Below, one piece after another: positions 38,170 through 47,631 of a DNA stretch of 64,000 nt. Positions within the stretch are counted from its first letter, which is position 1. Every line of letters starts with the position of its first letter. The position numbers and the translations under genes are program-made. Under the pieces are notes generated by a model, which saw only the letters and a program-made list of their open reading frames with translations, had not been told where the DNA came from and searched no databases. This stretch comes from a virus: positions 117,200 to 181,199 of the IMG/VR virus record IMGVR_UViG_3300009103_000003. One strand, written 5' to 3'.

Positions 38170-38527
38170 TGGCGCAGCGCCAGCACCTCCGCTCCCTCCG
38201 GAGTTCGTTGGACTACCTCCCGCAACCGAGGTTGAGGGCGGCGCTCTGAATCCCGAGCAGAGACTGCAAGTGGCTGAGCGGTATATTGCGGAGCTTTTAA
38301 AGGGTTACCAGATGGCTGGTAACGCAATTAACCGTCTGGAGACAAATTGCTTTGCTCTTGTGAAGATCATTTTAGACAATGATGTGTCCACTTGGGATGG
38401 TTTTGTTCGAGCACAGAAGGATCTTCAGGGATATGAAGACCTGCTTGTTTACTGGGGAATCAAAGAAGTTCCGGTGCCTGACGGTGCTGAAGACGCCGAA
38501 AAAGATAATTCGGACACTTCGTCATAG
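38090..38527 (+). CDS. Hypothetical protein
   Basis: GGAG SD; Q/N-rich N-terminus overlapping the previous gene. Confidence 0.55.
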   Translation: MENPNPQQNAQENPQQSQSAQQNQSGNGAAPAPPLPPEFVGLPPATEVEGGALNPEQRLQVAERYIAELLKGYQMAGNAINRLETNCFALVKIILDNDVSTWDGFVRAQKDLQGYEDLLVYWGIKEVPVPDGAEDAEKDNSDTSS

Positions 38528-38602
38528 GTCTGAGTTTATATATAATCAATTCAGACCCGAGGCTATTATGCCTCCTTTAGCGATATGTTATAAGAGGTAC
38601 GT

Positions 38603-38887
38603 ATGGCCGCTGATGCCGACAACTGGGTGCAGATAATCACAATATTTATTACCGTAGTTGGTACGATAGTACCGGCTATCTGGTTTTTATCCACACGGAT
38701 TCAGGCATTAGCCGGTGAAGTCAGTATCAATACTACGCGTATAGAAGAGAAGCTGAACAGCATGCAGGAGATGCACTCCCTACATAGGGAGATGCTGAAA
38801 GAAGCCATTGCTGAGCAAGAGAACTTCCGTGAACGATTAGCTATCGCTGAGGTCCAAGTCAAAGACTTGAGGGCAAAGATCTCCTAA
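38603..38887 (+). CDS. Small membrane protein with coiled coil (holin-like architecture)
   Basis: One N-terminal TM segment followed by a heptad-like tail. Confidence 0.5.
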   Translation: MAADADNWVQIITIFITVVGTIVPAIWFLSTRIQALAGEVSINTTRIEEKLNSMQEMHSLHREMLKEAIAEQENFRERLAIAEVQVKDLRAKIS

Positions 38888-38900
38888 CAACTTTTTTGCG

Positions 38901-38943
38901 TCTTCCTCGCTCCTACCAGTAGTTGCTAAAACTATAGGTAGGA
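38901..38943 (+). promoter_or_regulatory. Conserved upstream element with hairpin, copy 1
   Basis: tcttcctcg..tac..gtag.tg.taaaactata.gtagga shared with 40196-40237. Confidence 0.55.
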
Positions 38944-38950
38944 GTTTTTC

Positions 38951-39190
38951 ATGACGGAGTACCGCAAACTTAGGAAATATTCAGGACGGTTTTCCGGAGT
39001 GGATGTTTGCCACCCAAAAATAGGTCAACTAGTAGAAGTTGTAGAGGGTGACTTTGTCGGAGATACTTTTGAGGTGACTGACTTACGCGGTCACCTGTAT
39101 AATTTGGCGTACCGTGTCTATGTGAAAACCCCTGACGGTATTCCCACGTGGTATTGGCCGTGGAATCTAAAGTTTGCAGAAAATGACTAG
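38951..39190 (+). CDS. Small SH3/KOW-like hypothetical protein
   Basis: KIGQLVEVVEGDFVGDTFEV beta-rich pattern; AGGAG SD. Confidence 0.5.
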   Translation: MTEYRKLRKYSGRFSGVDVCHPKIGQLVEVVEGDFVGDTFEVTDLRGHLYNLAYRVYVKTPDGIPTWYWPWNLKFAEND

Positions 39191-40154
39191 ACCTTGTTGC
39201 TTAGTTCTAAGTGGTGCTGGAGGGAGGCTTCCTTATCTATACGCGATAGCGAATGAGATAAAGAAGGCACTACAAGAAAGAGACATTGAGGTTGCTGCTT
39301 ATGCGGGTGACTCGGCAGGAGCCCTTGTTGGCGCTTGGCTTGCTTCTGATGTTGAGTTTGACGAGCTAACCATTTTTAGTGAGGCGGATAACCTTTCTCG
39401 TCACGCTCGGATTGGTGGGAGCATATGTCGAGTAATAAGCCACGTGTATTACATGCTCAAGGATGGTGGGATAATTAGCTCCCCCAAGCTATACAAGCAT
39501 GCCATAAGCAAACCCAATTTTTTCCCAAAACCAATCAAAGCTCCCTGCTACATTAACGCTTACTCGTTAACGCAAGGGAAAGAGGTTGTTTGCAATCTCC
39601 AAGATCTTTCACCCGAAGCGTGGCGAAAGTTTGCTTTAGGAAGCTGTTGTATCCCAGGCGTGTTTACACCATTTCCTTTTGATGAGGCCGATTACCCAGA
39701 CTACGTTAAGGATGGCATGCCGTTGGAGCATCGTTTCGACGTAGACCTTCTCGTTGATGGTGGTGTTTCGTCGTACTTCCCCGCAGATTTTGTTTTAGCT
39801 GTCCCTGAACTGGAGAAGCGAAACCCATTGGTGATTGGTGTTATTTTGGATAATCCAACACCTGGGCATAACCATTCTGTTAAGAAAGAGCCTTTCCATA
39901 AAATAGTTGTTCGTGGGTGTATGGCCGCTATAAAGGCAAACATTCACGAAGACATTGAGGACGTGCGCTCAGCCGGGTTAGACTTAGAAATCGTATATGC
40001 CCCGACTCCAGATAAATGGTCTGACTACGCGACACAATTTTACTACACGGAATCTGAGGCGTTTGATTTTTACAAAGCTGGCGTTAAATCTGCTGTAAAT
40101 TTATTGCCTGATCTTATGAAGCGTGTAGAGGCAAAAATTATTTTGGGCGATTGA
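39174..40154 (+). CDS. Patatin-like phospholipase
   Basis: LVLSGAGG, GDSAG nucleophile elbow, LGSCCIPGVF and VDGG. Confidence 0.85.
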   Translation: MQKMTRPCCLVLSGAGGRLPYLYAIANEIKKALQERDIEVAAYAGDSAGALVGAWLASDVEFDELTIFSEADNLSRHARIGGSICRVISHVYYMLKDGGIISSPKLYKHAISKPNFFPKPIKAPCYINAYSLTQGKEVVCNLQDLSPEAWRKFALGSCCIPGVFTPFPFDEADYPDYVKDGMPLEHRFDVDLLVDGGVSSYFPADFVLAVPELEKRNPLVIGVILDNPTPGHNHSVKKEPFHKIVVRGCMAAIKANIHEDIEDVRSAGLDLEIVYAPTPDKWSDYATQFYYTESEAFDFYKAGVKSAVNLLPDLMKRVEAKIILGD

Positions 40155-40195
40155 GCGCCCTAACCTTAAAAGCGCGGTAATAAATTTATAGGACT

Positions 40196-40237
40196 TCTTC
40201 CTCGTCGTTACTTGTAGCTGTAAAACTATAAGTAGGA
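40196..40237 (+). promoter_or_regulatory. Conserved upstream element with hairpin, copy 2
   Basis: See 38901-38943. Confidence 0.55.
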
Positions 40238-40366
40238 ATTCTCGTAGTGGGAACGTCAAGGTTCTAATTAATTAGAGCCTAGTTAGAACACTGATGCCCT
40301 CATGGTGAGGGGCCCTCTACGTGAATACTGTTAGTGACGCTAACAATACCGATGAGGAGGTAAATT

Positions 40367-41755
40367 ATGTCACATAAATTGAGAGTATTAAGGGAACAAA
40401 TCGAGCAGGCGGCTCGGAACAAGGAGCACGAAGGTGGGCTAGATCTAGTCAACCAGACTGAACTTGGTTCCGTAAAGTCTACGCTGGAAGCGGCTGTCGC
40501 TGAAGAGGCTAAAAAGCGCGGAGCGATGGACACTAAGATCCGAAAGGATTTTAAGGCTGCTGACGCTAAGATTACAGAGGCTTTTGGAGCCGCTGATGCA
40601 TCGCTTACTGAAAAGCTCGAAGAGCTTAGCGCGTCAATGGTGGAGCGGTTCGCGGGACTACAAGTTTCGTGGGTCGAATCTGTAGACGGTGCTTACAAGT
40701 ACGCTAGTGAGGCACCTGCCCCGCAGACCGGTGATCGTTTCATCGTCAAGCCACTTGGAGACTCACCAGCACAGCCTGAAGACCCCTTCAATGGTTACGC
40801 TGGGTACATCGCTCAGAAAACTGAGGGTGGTTGGGACTTGCAAGAGCAGCCAGAAGGGAACTGTGTCTACAATGACGCTTCCAATCTGGTCCAGTTAAGT
40901 ACTGGTGATCCGGCTACTGGCTTCGTTGACGTTGCCAAGTTTGTTGGTGAAGAGCTTGCTACTGATGCTGAGCTTAAAGCTGCGGTTGACTCCGCGAGAA
41001 AGGATGCTGCAACAGCTACTGCTGCTGTCGCTTCTGATCTTGAGGATGCGGAAGAGACGTTGCGTGCTGAGGCGGTGGCTGAGTTTGCTGCGGTGCGTAC
41101 TGAATCCAAAGAGGCCGATGCGGAACTTGGAAGGCAGATTGCGACAAATGCGAATCAGATCAATAAGAAGGTCGATGCCCATATCAAGAACTCCGGTAAG
41201 CTGAATGCGCAGCAGGATGCAAATATCCAGTTGAACAGTGACCGCACTCTTTCCAATAAGGGCAAGATTGAGAGTAATTACCAACAGGTGACCTCGCAGG
41301 CCGATAAGGACAGAGCGTTCAGTATGAGCATGGACAAAACGATCTTGAAGATCATGGATCGCAGGATTCATGAACTTGAGGACGCTTTGTACAGTTGGGA
41401 AACCATCTCTGGTGACGAGAAGTATGAATGTGACTTTGGCAGAAGTGAGCGACATAACTTTGTTATGCAGCCGCTATCCGCTGACGTTGTGTTCCGACTT
41501 CCCGATGAAGGTCGCTTCCATCGTGATAGAGACTACACCAAGGACCCTACAGTGGAGCGTTGCGAGCCTACGGGAAGATGTGATCTTGAGGGCAGTCAGA
41601 TTATTCTGAAGCTCACCAAGACTAATGGCTACTCTGTTACTGTTTCTGGTGGCAATATTGCCATTGACGGTAACACTGATGGGTACACGTTAGACCTTGA
41701 TGATGCCTGCGTTACCTTCATCCATGCTGGTGCAATGGGTTGGATCATGAAGTAA
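40367..41755 (+). CDS. Probable virion or fibre-associated protein with coiled coils and DUF2793-like segment
   Basis: APQTGDRFIV...PFNGYAGYIAQ...GWDL segment; long heptad region; beta-rich C-terminus; GAGGAGG SD. Confidence 0.5.
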   Translation: MSHKLRVLREQIEQAARNKEHEGGLDLVNQTELGSVKSTLEAAVAEEAKKRGAMDTKIRKDFKAADAKITEAFGAADASLTEKLEELSASMVERFAGLQVSWVESVDGAYKYASEAPAPQTGDRFIVKPLGDSPAQPEDPFNGYAGYIAQKTEGGWDLQEQPEGNCVYNDASNLVQLSTGDPATGFVDVAKFVGEELATDAELKAAVDSARKDAATATAAVASDLEDAEETLRAEAVAEFAAVRTESKEADAELGRQIATNANQINKKVDAHIKNSGKLNAQQDANIQLNSDRTLSNKGKIESNYQQVTSQADKDRAFSMSMDKTILKIMDRRIHELEDALYSWETISGDEKYECDFGRSERHNFVMQPLSADVVFRLPDEGRFHRDRDYTKDPTVERCEPTGRCDLEGSQIILKLTKTNGYSVTVSGGNIAIDGNTDGYTLDLDDACVTFIHAGAMGWIMK

Positions 41756-41782
41756 TATAACCAAGTAATAGTTCTACTATTC

Positions 41783-41857
41783 GGGGCGGGGTGGCTTATG
41801 CTGCCCCGTCCTTTTTTGTGCTAGGTAAAAAAAGCCGGGGGATTGCTCCCCCGACTT
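41783..41857. terminator. Pair of convergent intrinsic terminators
   Basis: ggggcgg..ctgcccc followed by TTTTTT (plus); AAAAAAA followed by the cggggga/tcccccg hairpin (minus). Confidence 0.7.
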
Positions 41858-41905
41858 CCGACAAACGGCGTTCTTTATAAGCAGCATGACCTGCTCACCG
41901 CTCGT

Positions 41906-42025
41906 CTACATGCAGAACATCAACACGGTGAACACATACAGACCCACCATGATAAAGCATGCCCCGCCAAGCTCCTGCCAGAATGTTTTAGGGTCCTCTC
42001 GGTAAAGCTCCAGTAGCTCTTTCAT
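41906..42025 (-). CDS. 39-aa membrane peptide
   Basis: Hand-translated MKELLELYREDPKTFWQELGGACFIMVGLYVFTVLMFCM; directly follows the DUF3228 gene. Confidence 0.45.
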   Translation of the reverse strand: MKELLELYREDPKTFWQELGGACFIMVGLYVFTVLMFCM

Positions 42026-42027
42026 AG

Positions 42028-42618
42028 CTACACCTCGTGGTGGTCAGCAACCACTCGCCATTCAGACCAGTAGCTGTTGATTACCTCAGCGCGACTCCGA
42101 ATCTCATTAGCATCCCACTCCAAGGCTTCCTTGTTCCCACCAGCGAGGTTGGAAACGAAGCGGTGAGTCGTCAGCGGAGACTGGGGACCGGCGAAGGCGA
42201 GAACGGCGACGATGACATGGGTAACCCCGTCACACTGCATTGCAGCATTCTCAGGGGCTAACACATCCACCTCCGGGTCAGCCGCGTAGGCATCCCAGGT
42301 GTAGACGATAGCTGCAACACCATCCGCATCAGCCGCATGGGCGCGGTGAAGATAGCAGTTAACCTCACCGCGATGTTCACGGACAACGAAGTGCTCGACC
42401 GGTTGACCTTCCACCCGACCAACACCGGCGGACACCATGCTGACAGCGGCCTCGGGGAGTTGCACAAAGTGTTGCCCCTCAACACGGTCACCAGAAGTGT
42501 CGTGTGACTGAAGGGCCTCATCAACCACAGCGAGAAAGTCGCCTTGGTTCATGACACGAGTGCCGATTACGTTATTACCAAAAGCAGAACAAATAGAACT
42601 GATTCCAAACTTAGTCAT
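42028..42618 (-). CDS. DUF3228-family protein
   Basis: VSAGV, VVREHRGEV, YT.DAY..DPE and HRFVSNLAGGNKEA motifs. Confidence 0.7.
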   Translation of the reverse strand: MTKFGISSICSAFGNNVIGTRVMNQGDFLAVVDEALQSHDTSGDRVEGQHFVQLPEAAVSMVSAGVGRVEGQPVEHFVVREHRGEVNCYLHRAHAADADGVAAIVYTWDAYAADPEVDVLAPENAAMQCDGVTHVIVAVLAFAGPQSPLTTHRFVSNLAGGNKEALEWDANEIRSRAEVINSYWSEWRVVADHHEV

Positions 42619-42677
42619 AGTTTCCCTCCTAGGAAAGTAAGTGTGCTTCTTGCACAACTCTTATACCCAGGGTGTTA

Positions 42678-42884
42678 CTACTTTTTGCAGGGCTTGTCAG
42701 GGCGGTCTTTGTCCCAACCAAGTTCTTTCCAGGCTCTCAGTAAAGCCCGACAGAGAAGGACAATGAAGGCATTCTTATCCGTGAAGATGTTTAGTTCTCT
42801 GAGACTTGCTTTGCGCATCCATGCCTTGACTTCTTTTTCGGTAATAATTTCTTCTGGCACTGGGCCTGTGTCTGGACGGCGCAT
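42678..42884 (-). CDS. Hypothetical protein
   Basis: Small ORF. Confidence 0.45.
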   Translation of the reverse strand: MRRPDTGPVPEEIITEKEVKAWMRKASLRELNIFTDKNAFIVLLCRALLRAWKELGWDKDRPDKPCKK

Positions 42885-42911
42885 TTTTGGTCCTTATGGT
42901 TTACTATCCTT

Positions 42912-44090
42912 CTACCAGCACTCATCGTTAAAGATTGTGGCTAAGTCATCTTCCATGTCTGCTGAAGATCCAAGGTAGTAGATATCTCCACCCGTGTCAT
43001 CAGCGATATTATCAAATTGACTGGTGTATGTCGGTGTAATAAATCCAAAGAATGTTATATCTTCAGATACCAGTTCATTCGCTACATCTGTTTCGGTTAG
43101 CTCTGGGGACACGTAGCTTTGCGCTGCCTCGTCTGTAAATAGGACTACGTATTTCCTGGTGTCACCCCCGCGCCACGAGAGCCCAAGGTCACCATTAGAT
43201 GCTGTATACAGCGCGTCGTAGCTTGCCTCAGCGCCCCCGCCAGTCGTGGTCATTGTCGCTAGTGTGGTCACGAATGTGGCGGCGTCAGTGAAGTCTAGCA
43301 GGACTTCCACTGCGTCTGTTCCGGGTGTATGAGGTATACCAACTACAGCGAATTGGAATTCGGGCACCCCGGTGAAGGATGCAGCGAATAGTTGCGCCGC
43401 ATTTGCTACGCTTGCGAAGTGCGTACCCATCGAACCGGACCTGTCTATTACGAAAACTATATCTACTTCCTCGCCCTCATTTAGGTCCTCGTCAATAAAC
43501 CCATCACAGTCGTTGTCTTTCTCGTCACATATTTCCTCTGTAGGAAGCTGCTCATTCGCACATACCTCCTCACCTTGCGAGCAAACCCAAACACCCGCAT
43601 GACACTCAGTGTTTGGTGCGAGAAGATCGTCTAGGTCTCCTGTGTAACATGTTTCGGTAATAGCTATCCCGTCGTCAACGAGACCGTTGCAGTCGTCATC
43701 TAACCCGTTGCAGGTCTCCTCAAATCCCCCGATGGCCCCCACGCAGGCAATACCACCATTGGTACACATGTATACACCACTAGAGCATTCCCCAATGTCC
43801 ACACCACAGCTTTGCCCATCGTCCTCGTCTAGAACGTAGTCGTCTACTGTCCCATTGCAGTCATTATCGAGGCCGTCACAATATTCATCATCGGGCAGAA
43901 CCTCATTATTACAGCTAATAATTTGTTCATTTTCGCATATGGGGTACCCGGACTTACATTCGCCTACGTTTTCTGTCTCTGGTGGGCCGGTATAACAGGG
44001 TTGGTGGCAGCGCAGACTATGGAGGGTATACTCCTCCTGACAGCCTGCCGAGACCAGTAATATTCCAACTATTACTAAAACTCTCCCCAT
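42912..44090 (-). CDS. Lipoprotein with three Cys-rich metal-binding (MopE-related) repeats and a vWA domain
   Basis: Lipobox-like LLVSAGC; repeats EYCDGLDNDCNGTVDD, ETCNGLDDDCNGLVDD, EICDEKDNDCDGFIDE; MIDAS DRSGS and VVLFTDE. Confidence 0.85.
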   Translation of the reverse strand: MGRVLVIVGILLVSAGCQEEYTLHSLRCHQPCYTGPPETENVGECKSGYPICENEQIISCNNEVLPDDEYCDGLDNDCNGTVDDYVLDEDDGQSCGVDIGECSSGVYMCTNGGIACVGAIGGFEETCNGLDDDCNGLVDDGIAITETCYTGDLDDLLAPNTECHAGVWVCSQGEEVCANEQLPTEEICDEKDNDCDGFIDEDLNEGEEVDIVFVIDRSGSMGTHFASVANAAQLFAASFTGVPEFQFAVVGIPHTPGTDAVEVLLDFTDAATFVTTLATMTTTGGGAEASYDALYTASNGDLGLSWRGGDTRKYVVLFTDEAAQSYVSPELTETDVANELVSEDITFFGFITPTYTSQFDNIADDTGGDIYYLGSSADMEDDLATIFNDECW

Positions 44091-44222
44091 ACTCTAAATG
44101 ATATAGCAAGTAATAAGTCATGAAGAAGATCAGTAATAAATAAAAAAATAGAAAGGGAGGCCAGCACAAAAGTGCTGACCCCCCTTGGGGTGCCCGGACG
44201 GGCGTTAGGCGGGGAGGGGAGG

Positions 44223-44996
44223 TTAGTCCGCTAGGATGGGAGGGCAGTACTCCTTGCCCGCTGGGACTGTGACGAATTCCCTCTGAGAAAGTAGCGAGCC
44301 TCGAATAATGGCCGCGCACAGGTTACCCCCGTGAACACAGCCAAGATCAATTCCCGTTGCGTGCTCAAAGTACTCAGGACCATCCTTCAACCAGGGCTGG
44401 TGGCCGAAGTACACATGGCCAAATCGACCATCATACTTTTCACACCAGAACTTGTCTCCAGATTGCTCCTGTCCGAAAGGAATCATCACACCCTCGTCAT
44501 TAATATAACGGATATACATGCTTCGTAGTACCCGCTTCTTATTCTTCCCGACGAGGTCACTTGGGTCTTCAGGAAGCTCCGCGACGGTAGGGGTTATCCC
44601 ACCATGCACCACAACAATCCCAAGTTCAGGCCGAACCGCATAGGGTACAACCTTATCCCGAAGCCAGTCACGGAGTTCGAGGTCAGCGTGCTCCATGATC
44701 TTGGCAAGCTCATCCGACCCCTTCATCTCCATAGCCTTCACCGCGTCACCGGCTTCAGCCTTCTTCCAGAACCTGAAGTTCTTGTTCTCGTGGTTGCCCT
44801 CCACGATTGTGACCTTTAGGTCTTCCGATAGCTGTCTGACGTATCGAAGAGTTTGAACACTGTGAGGGCCTTTATCAACGAGGTCTCCCACGAAGATGAT
44901 CTCCTCCACTGTGTCTGTCTTCCTGCGGACTTCCGGCAAAAGAGCAGCAAGCTCCTCCAGACATCCATGAACATCACCAATAATAACTGTTGCCAT
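44223..44996 (-). CDS. Metallophosphoesterase (PrpA/ApaH/Pnkp-phosphatase-like)
   Basis: GDVHG, GDLVDKGP, GNHE, VHGG, FGHQP and IDLGCVHGG. Confidence 0.88.
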   Translation of the reverse strand: MATVIIGDVHGCLEELAALLPEVRRKTDTVEEIIFVGDLVDKGPHSVQTLRYVRQLSEDLKVTIVEGNHENKNFRFWKKAEAGDAVKAMEMKGSDELAKIMEHADLELRDWLRDKVVPYAVRPELGIVVVHGGITPTVAELPEDPSDLVGKNKKRVLRSMYIRYINDEGVMIPFGQEQSGDKFWCEKYDGRFGHVYFGHQPWLKDGPEYFEHATGIDLGCVHGGNLCAAIIRGSLLSQREFVTVPAGKEYCPPILAD

Positions 44997-44998
44997 AA

Positions 44999-45493
44999 CT
45001 AACTCCTTCTACCCATGTAATACATGAATATAGATTGACTCGACTGTGTCGAGGCGGTTTTGATTTGTGTGGTCAGATGTCCACGGTTTGTGAAAAGGGT
45101 GAATAGCCAAGTACTGATAGTGAACTCGGCCTTTCGCTCCCTGAGAGCCCTTACGGGCAGAATAGATAGTTCTTTATGCTCCCCAGGCCACGCAACTATG
45201 GGGAGGTCGTAGTCACAGAGTCTTTCGTTTTTGTCGTACCACCCAACTTTTGTTTGCTTGTGAGAGCCATGCCCAAAGGCAATAGGTCTAGAACCAATGA
45301 GATCCCCAAGGTCAGACGATGGTTGGGCTGGGGAACCCAGAAAAAGTTTCTGGGACCGTGGAGAATAACTAGGGACTAACCAGAGATGCTGACACTTATT
45401 GGTTCTCATTGAGAACGTAATGTCATTATTTTCCTGTTCGGACACATAGAAGTACTTCAACACTTCGTCAGACTCAAAGCAGTAGGTTGGCAT
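44999..45493 (-). CDS. Hypothetical protein
   Basis: Start moved to MPTYC; the track N-terminus crosses an intergenic hairpin. Confidence 0.5.
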   Translation of the reverse strand: MPTYCFESDEVLKYFYVSEQENNDITFSMRTNKCQHLWLVPSYSPRSQKLFLGSPAQPSSDLGDLIGSRPIAFGHGSHKQTKVGWYDKNERLCDYDLPIVAWPGEHKELSILPVRALRERKAEFTISTWLFTLFTNRGHLTTQIKTASTQSSQSIFMYYMGRRS

Positions 45494-45522
45494 GTGTCTT
45501 TTCCCGGTAATAGAATAAACAA

Positions 45523-45577
45523 GTGGGGGGAGGTACTCGGGGGGACTCGCGTCCCCGATTCCGAATACCTCCCCCAC
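45523..45577 (-). terminator. Long bulged hairpin with GCGA tetraloop, U-rich tail
   Basis: gtggggggaggta...ggggac-tcgc-gtcccc...tacctcccccac. Confidence 0.5.
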
Positions 45578-45599
45578 GTGGCCCCCCATAGGGCCGGTA

Positions 45600-46055
45600 C
45601 TACCGCCTTGCGAAAGTGCGGTTTGTGCGGCTTCCGCACGCAACGCTCAGCAGGTCGTTGTCCTCTCGCCTAATCCAATCGAACGAAGAGCGGATGTCCG
45701 CAGCTTCGATTGGATCAAGACGACGACCGCTGTGAACCCAGTCACGGAGAAGACGACGCTTGTCGTAGTCGTCGTCCATCGCTTCAATGCGGTCCACGAG
45801 AAGACGGGAAGACGAACGTCCCGCCAGAGCATCCATAAGACCCTCAAAAGAGGGCTTCAGGTTGGCAGCTTCTGCTTGCCGCTCCCGGATTTCCTGGAGG
45901 AGCGCCTCACGACGAGCCGCATCGCGCTTGGCCTGGAGACGACGAGCCTCGGGACCACCCGCTTTTTCATCCAGGACAGAGATACCAACAGCAGCGGCCA
46001 AGAAGGCCAGGAATCCACCAGCGATTGCAAGATTTTCTTTAGTCTCGGTTTTCAT
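45600..46055 (-). CDS. Hypothetical membrane-anchored protein
   Basis: TM segment near the N-terminus; MKTETK start. Confidence 0.6.
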   Translation of the reverse strand: MKTETKENLAIAGGFLAFLAAAVGISVLDEKAGGPEARRLQAKRDAARREALLQEIRERQAEAANLKPSFEGLMDALAGRSSSRLLVDRIEAMDDDYDKRRLLRDWVHSGRRLDPIEAADIRSSFDWIRREDNDLLSVACGSRTNRTFARR

Positions 46056-46184
46056 AACAGTCCCCTTAAAGGAAATAGGTTTTTCGGAAGGAGGTAATCC
46101 TCCCTTCACTATTCTTATCCCTAAAAAGAGTCCCTGTTTTGCACGTAAAAAAGAGGGCAATCCTTGCCCTTCTTTCTTGTGGGA

Positions 46185-46487
46185 TTAGAGACTCCCCGTT
46201 TTGGCAATCTCTTTTCTTTCCTCTTTCGTTAGCCAAGAACCCTTCTCCCTTCGGCGGCGCTCAGACTTTATGAAGGTTTGTAAATAGTCCACCATCTCAA
46301 ATAGGGCTCTTGGATTTAGCTCCAGCCCTTCCTCAAAAGGAGCATCACTCATTCTCCCATCTGGCTTTGCATCCGCTAGCAATTGGGACCAGACAAAGTA
46401 GAGGACTTCTTCTAACGCGAAGATTTCTCCGTCCTTGAGATTCATGAATTTGTGATACTTATGTTTGTGTATTTCGGGGTTGTACAT
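46185..46487 (-). CDS. Hypothetical protein
   Basis: GGAGG SD before MYNPE. Confidence 0.55.
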   Translation of the reverse strand: MYNPEIHKHKYHKFMNLKDGEIFALEEVLYFVWSQLLADAKPDGRMSDAPFEEGLELNPRALFEMVDYLQTFIKSERRRREKGSWLTKEERKEIAKTGSL

Positions 46488-46636
46488 TGTTCCTCCTTGT
46501 GGGTGCCAAAGGCTCCCCAGCACAGTTCTTATCTCAAAAAAGATTAGGACTATTGCGGGTAAAAAAAGGGAGCACTTGGCCCCCTTTTCCGCCCCACTTA
46601 TGCGAGGGACTCGCGTCTCGTAATCCACATCGACGC

Positions 46637-46873
46637 TTAGCCGTTCTCGTAGTCTTCGTATCCTTCATGGAGTCCTTCGATGTACCCCTCTCGAAAATTC
46701 GCATCGCTTAGCAATAGGAGGAATATTGAGATTCCCCCCACCGCCGATACAGAAAGCCTCAGCCCCAATTCCGGAGTGGGGAAGAAAGCAAAAACAATTA
46801 ACGAGATAAAGGCCACAACGTGCAGACTCACTAGGAATCCAAAAGTATTAATGTTCATGATAAACACCTCCAT
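46637..46873 (-). CDS. Small two-TM membrane protein
   Basis: Two hydrophobic segments. Confidence 0.55.
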   Translation of the reverse strand: MEVFIMNINTFGFLVSLHVVAFISLIVFAFFPTPELGLRLSVSAVGGISIFLLLLSDANFREGYIEGLHEGYEDYENG

Positions 46874-46962
46874 AATACTTATTCCAAAAAGTAAGGGCGA
46901 CTCTGCGTTAACAGAGCCGCCCCATTAGGAAGCTTCTAATCCGACAATATTTGGGAAGGGGG

Positions 46963-47409
46963 TTAATGCACCATCGGGTTTAGAAGCCACATTGCATTAC
47001 GGAGGAAGAAGTCTTTATCCGATTCCTCATCTGAGGGGGTAACGGCTTCTAGCTCCTCTATATTCTGATCGGAATCAGAATAAACAATATCTTGAAGCTC
47101 TGCGTCTGTAAGCGTCCCCTTCCGCGCAAACAAGCAAGGCTCAAATAAAGTAAGAAGCGACTCTTCTTCGGTATCACCCATTATAGGCACGAGGAATTTC
47201 TTTTTTGGGCTATCAACTCCGTAAAAGAGAACTCTGTCCTCATGGGCGAACATAAGGTACGTCGTGTAACTATCGGGGCTCTCGTACTCCTTGTAGCCGT
47301 ATTTTACTGCTGAGGAGAAGGTATACCTCATAAAAGGCGCAACTGAAGCCAGTGTGTAGTCTTCGATGTCGTTTAGCGTGTTTTTTACATCAGGGTCCCG
47401 CATAAGCAC
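46963..47409 (-). CDS. Hypothetical protein
   Basis: GGAGG SD. Confidence 0.6.
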   Translation of the reverse strand: MLMRDPDVKNTLNDIEDYTLASVAPFMRYTFSSAVKYGYKEYESPDSYTTYLMFAHEDRVLFYGVDSPKKKFLVPIMGDTEEESLLTLFEPCLFARKGTLTDAELQDIVYSDSDQNIEELEAVTPSDEESDKDFFLRNAMWLLNPMVH

Positions 47410-47631
47410 TGCCTCCTATTACTAGTTTATTAGACAGTTCGATGGGGACGAAGACCTGCCAAATGTTATTTTTGCCCAATAGTACTTTTGAGGAAGGGGG
47501 TGCCCTTTTTCATGCAAGTCTTCTCCCTCTCCTTTTCTTTTTTCCATACCTCACCGGTAGTGGCGTCTTCCCCATAGAGAGCTATGAGGTAATCGAGGTA
47601 CTCAAATTTTCCACCAAAGTTTTTTAGCTTC

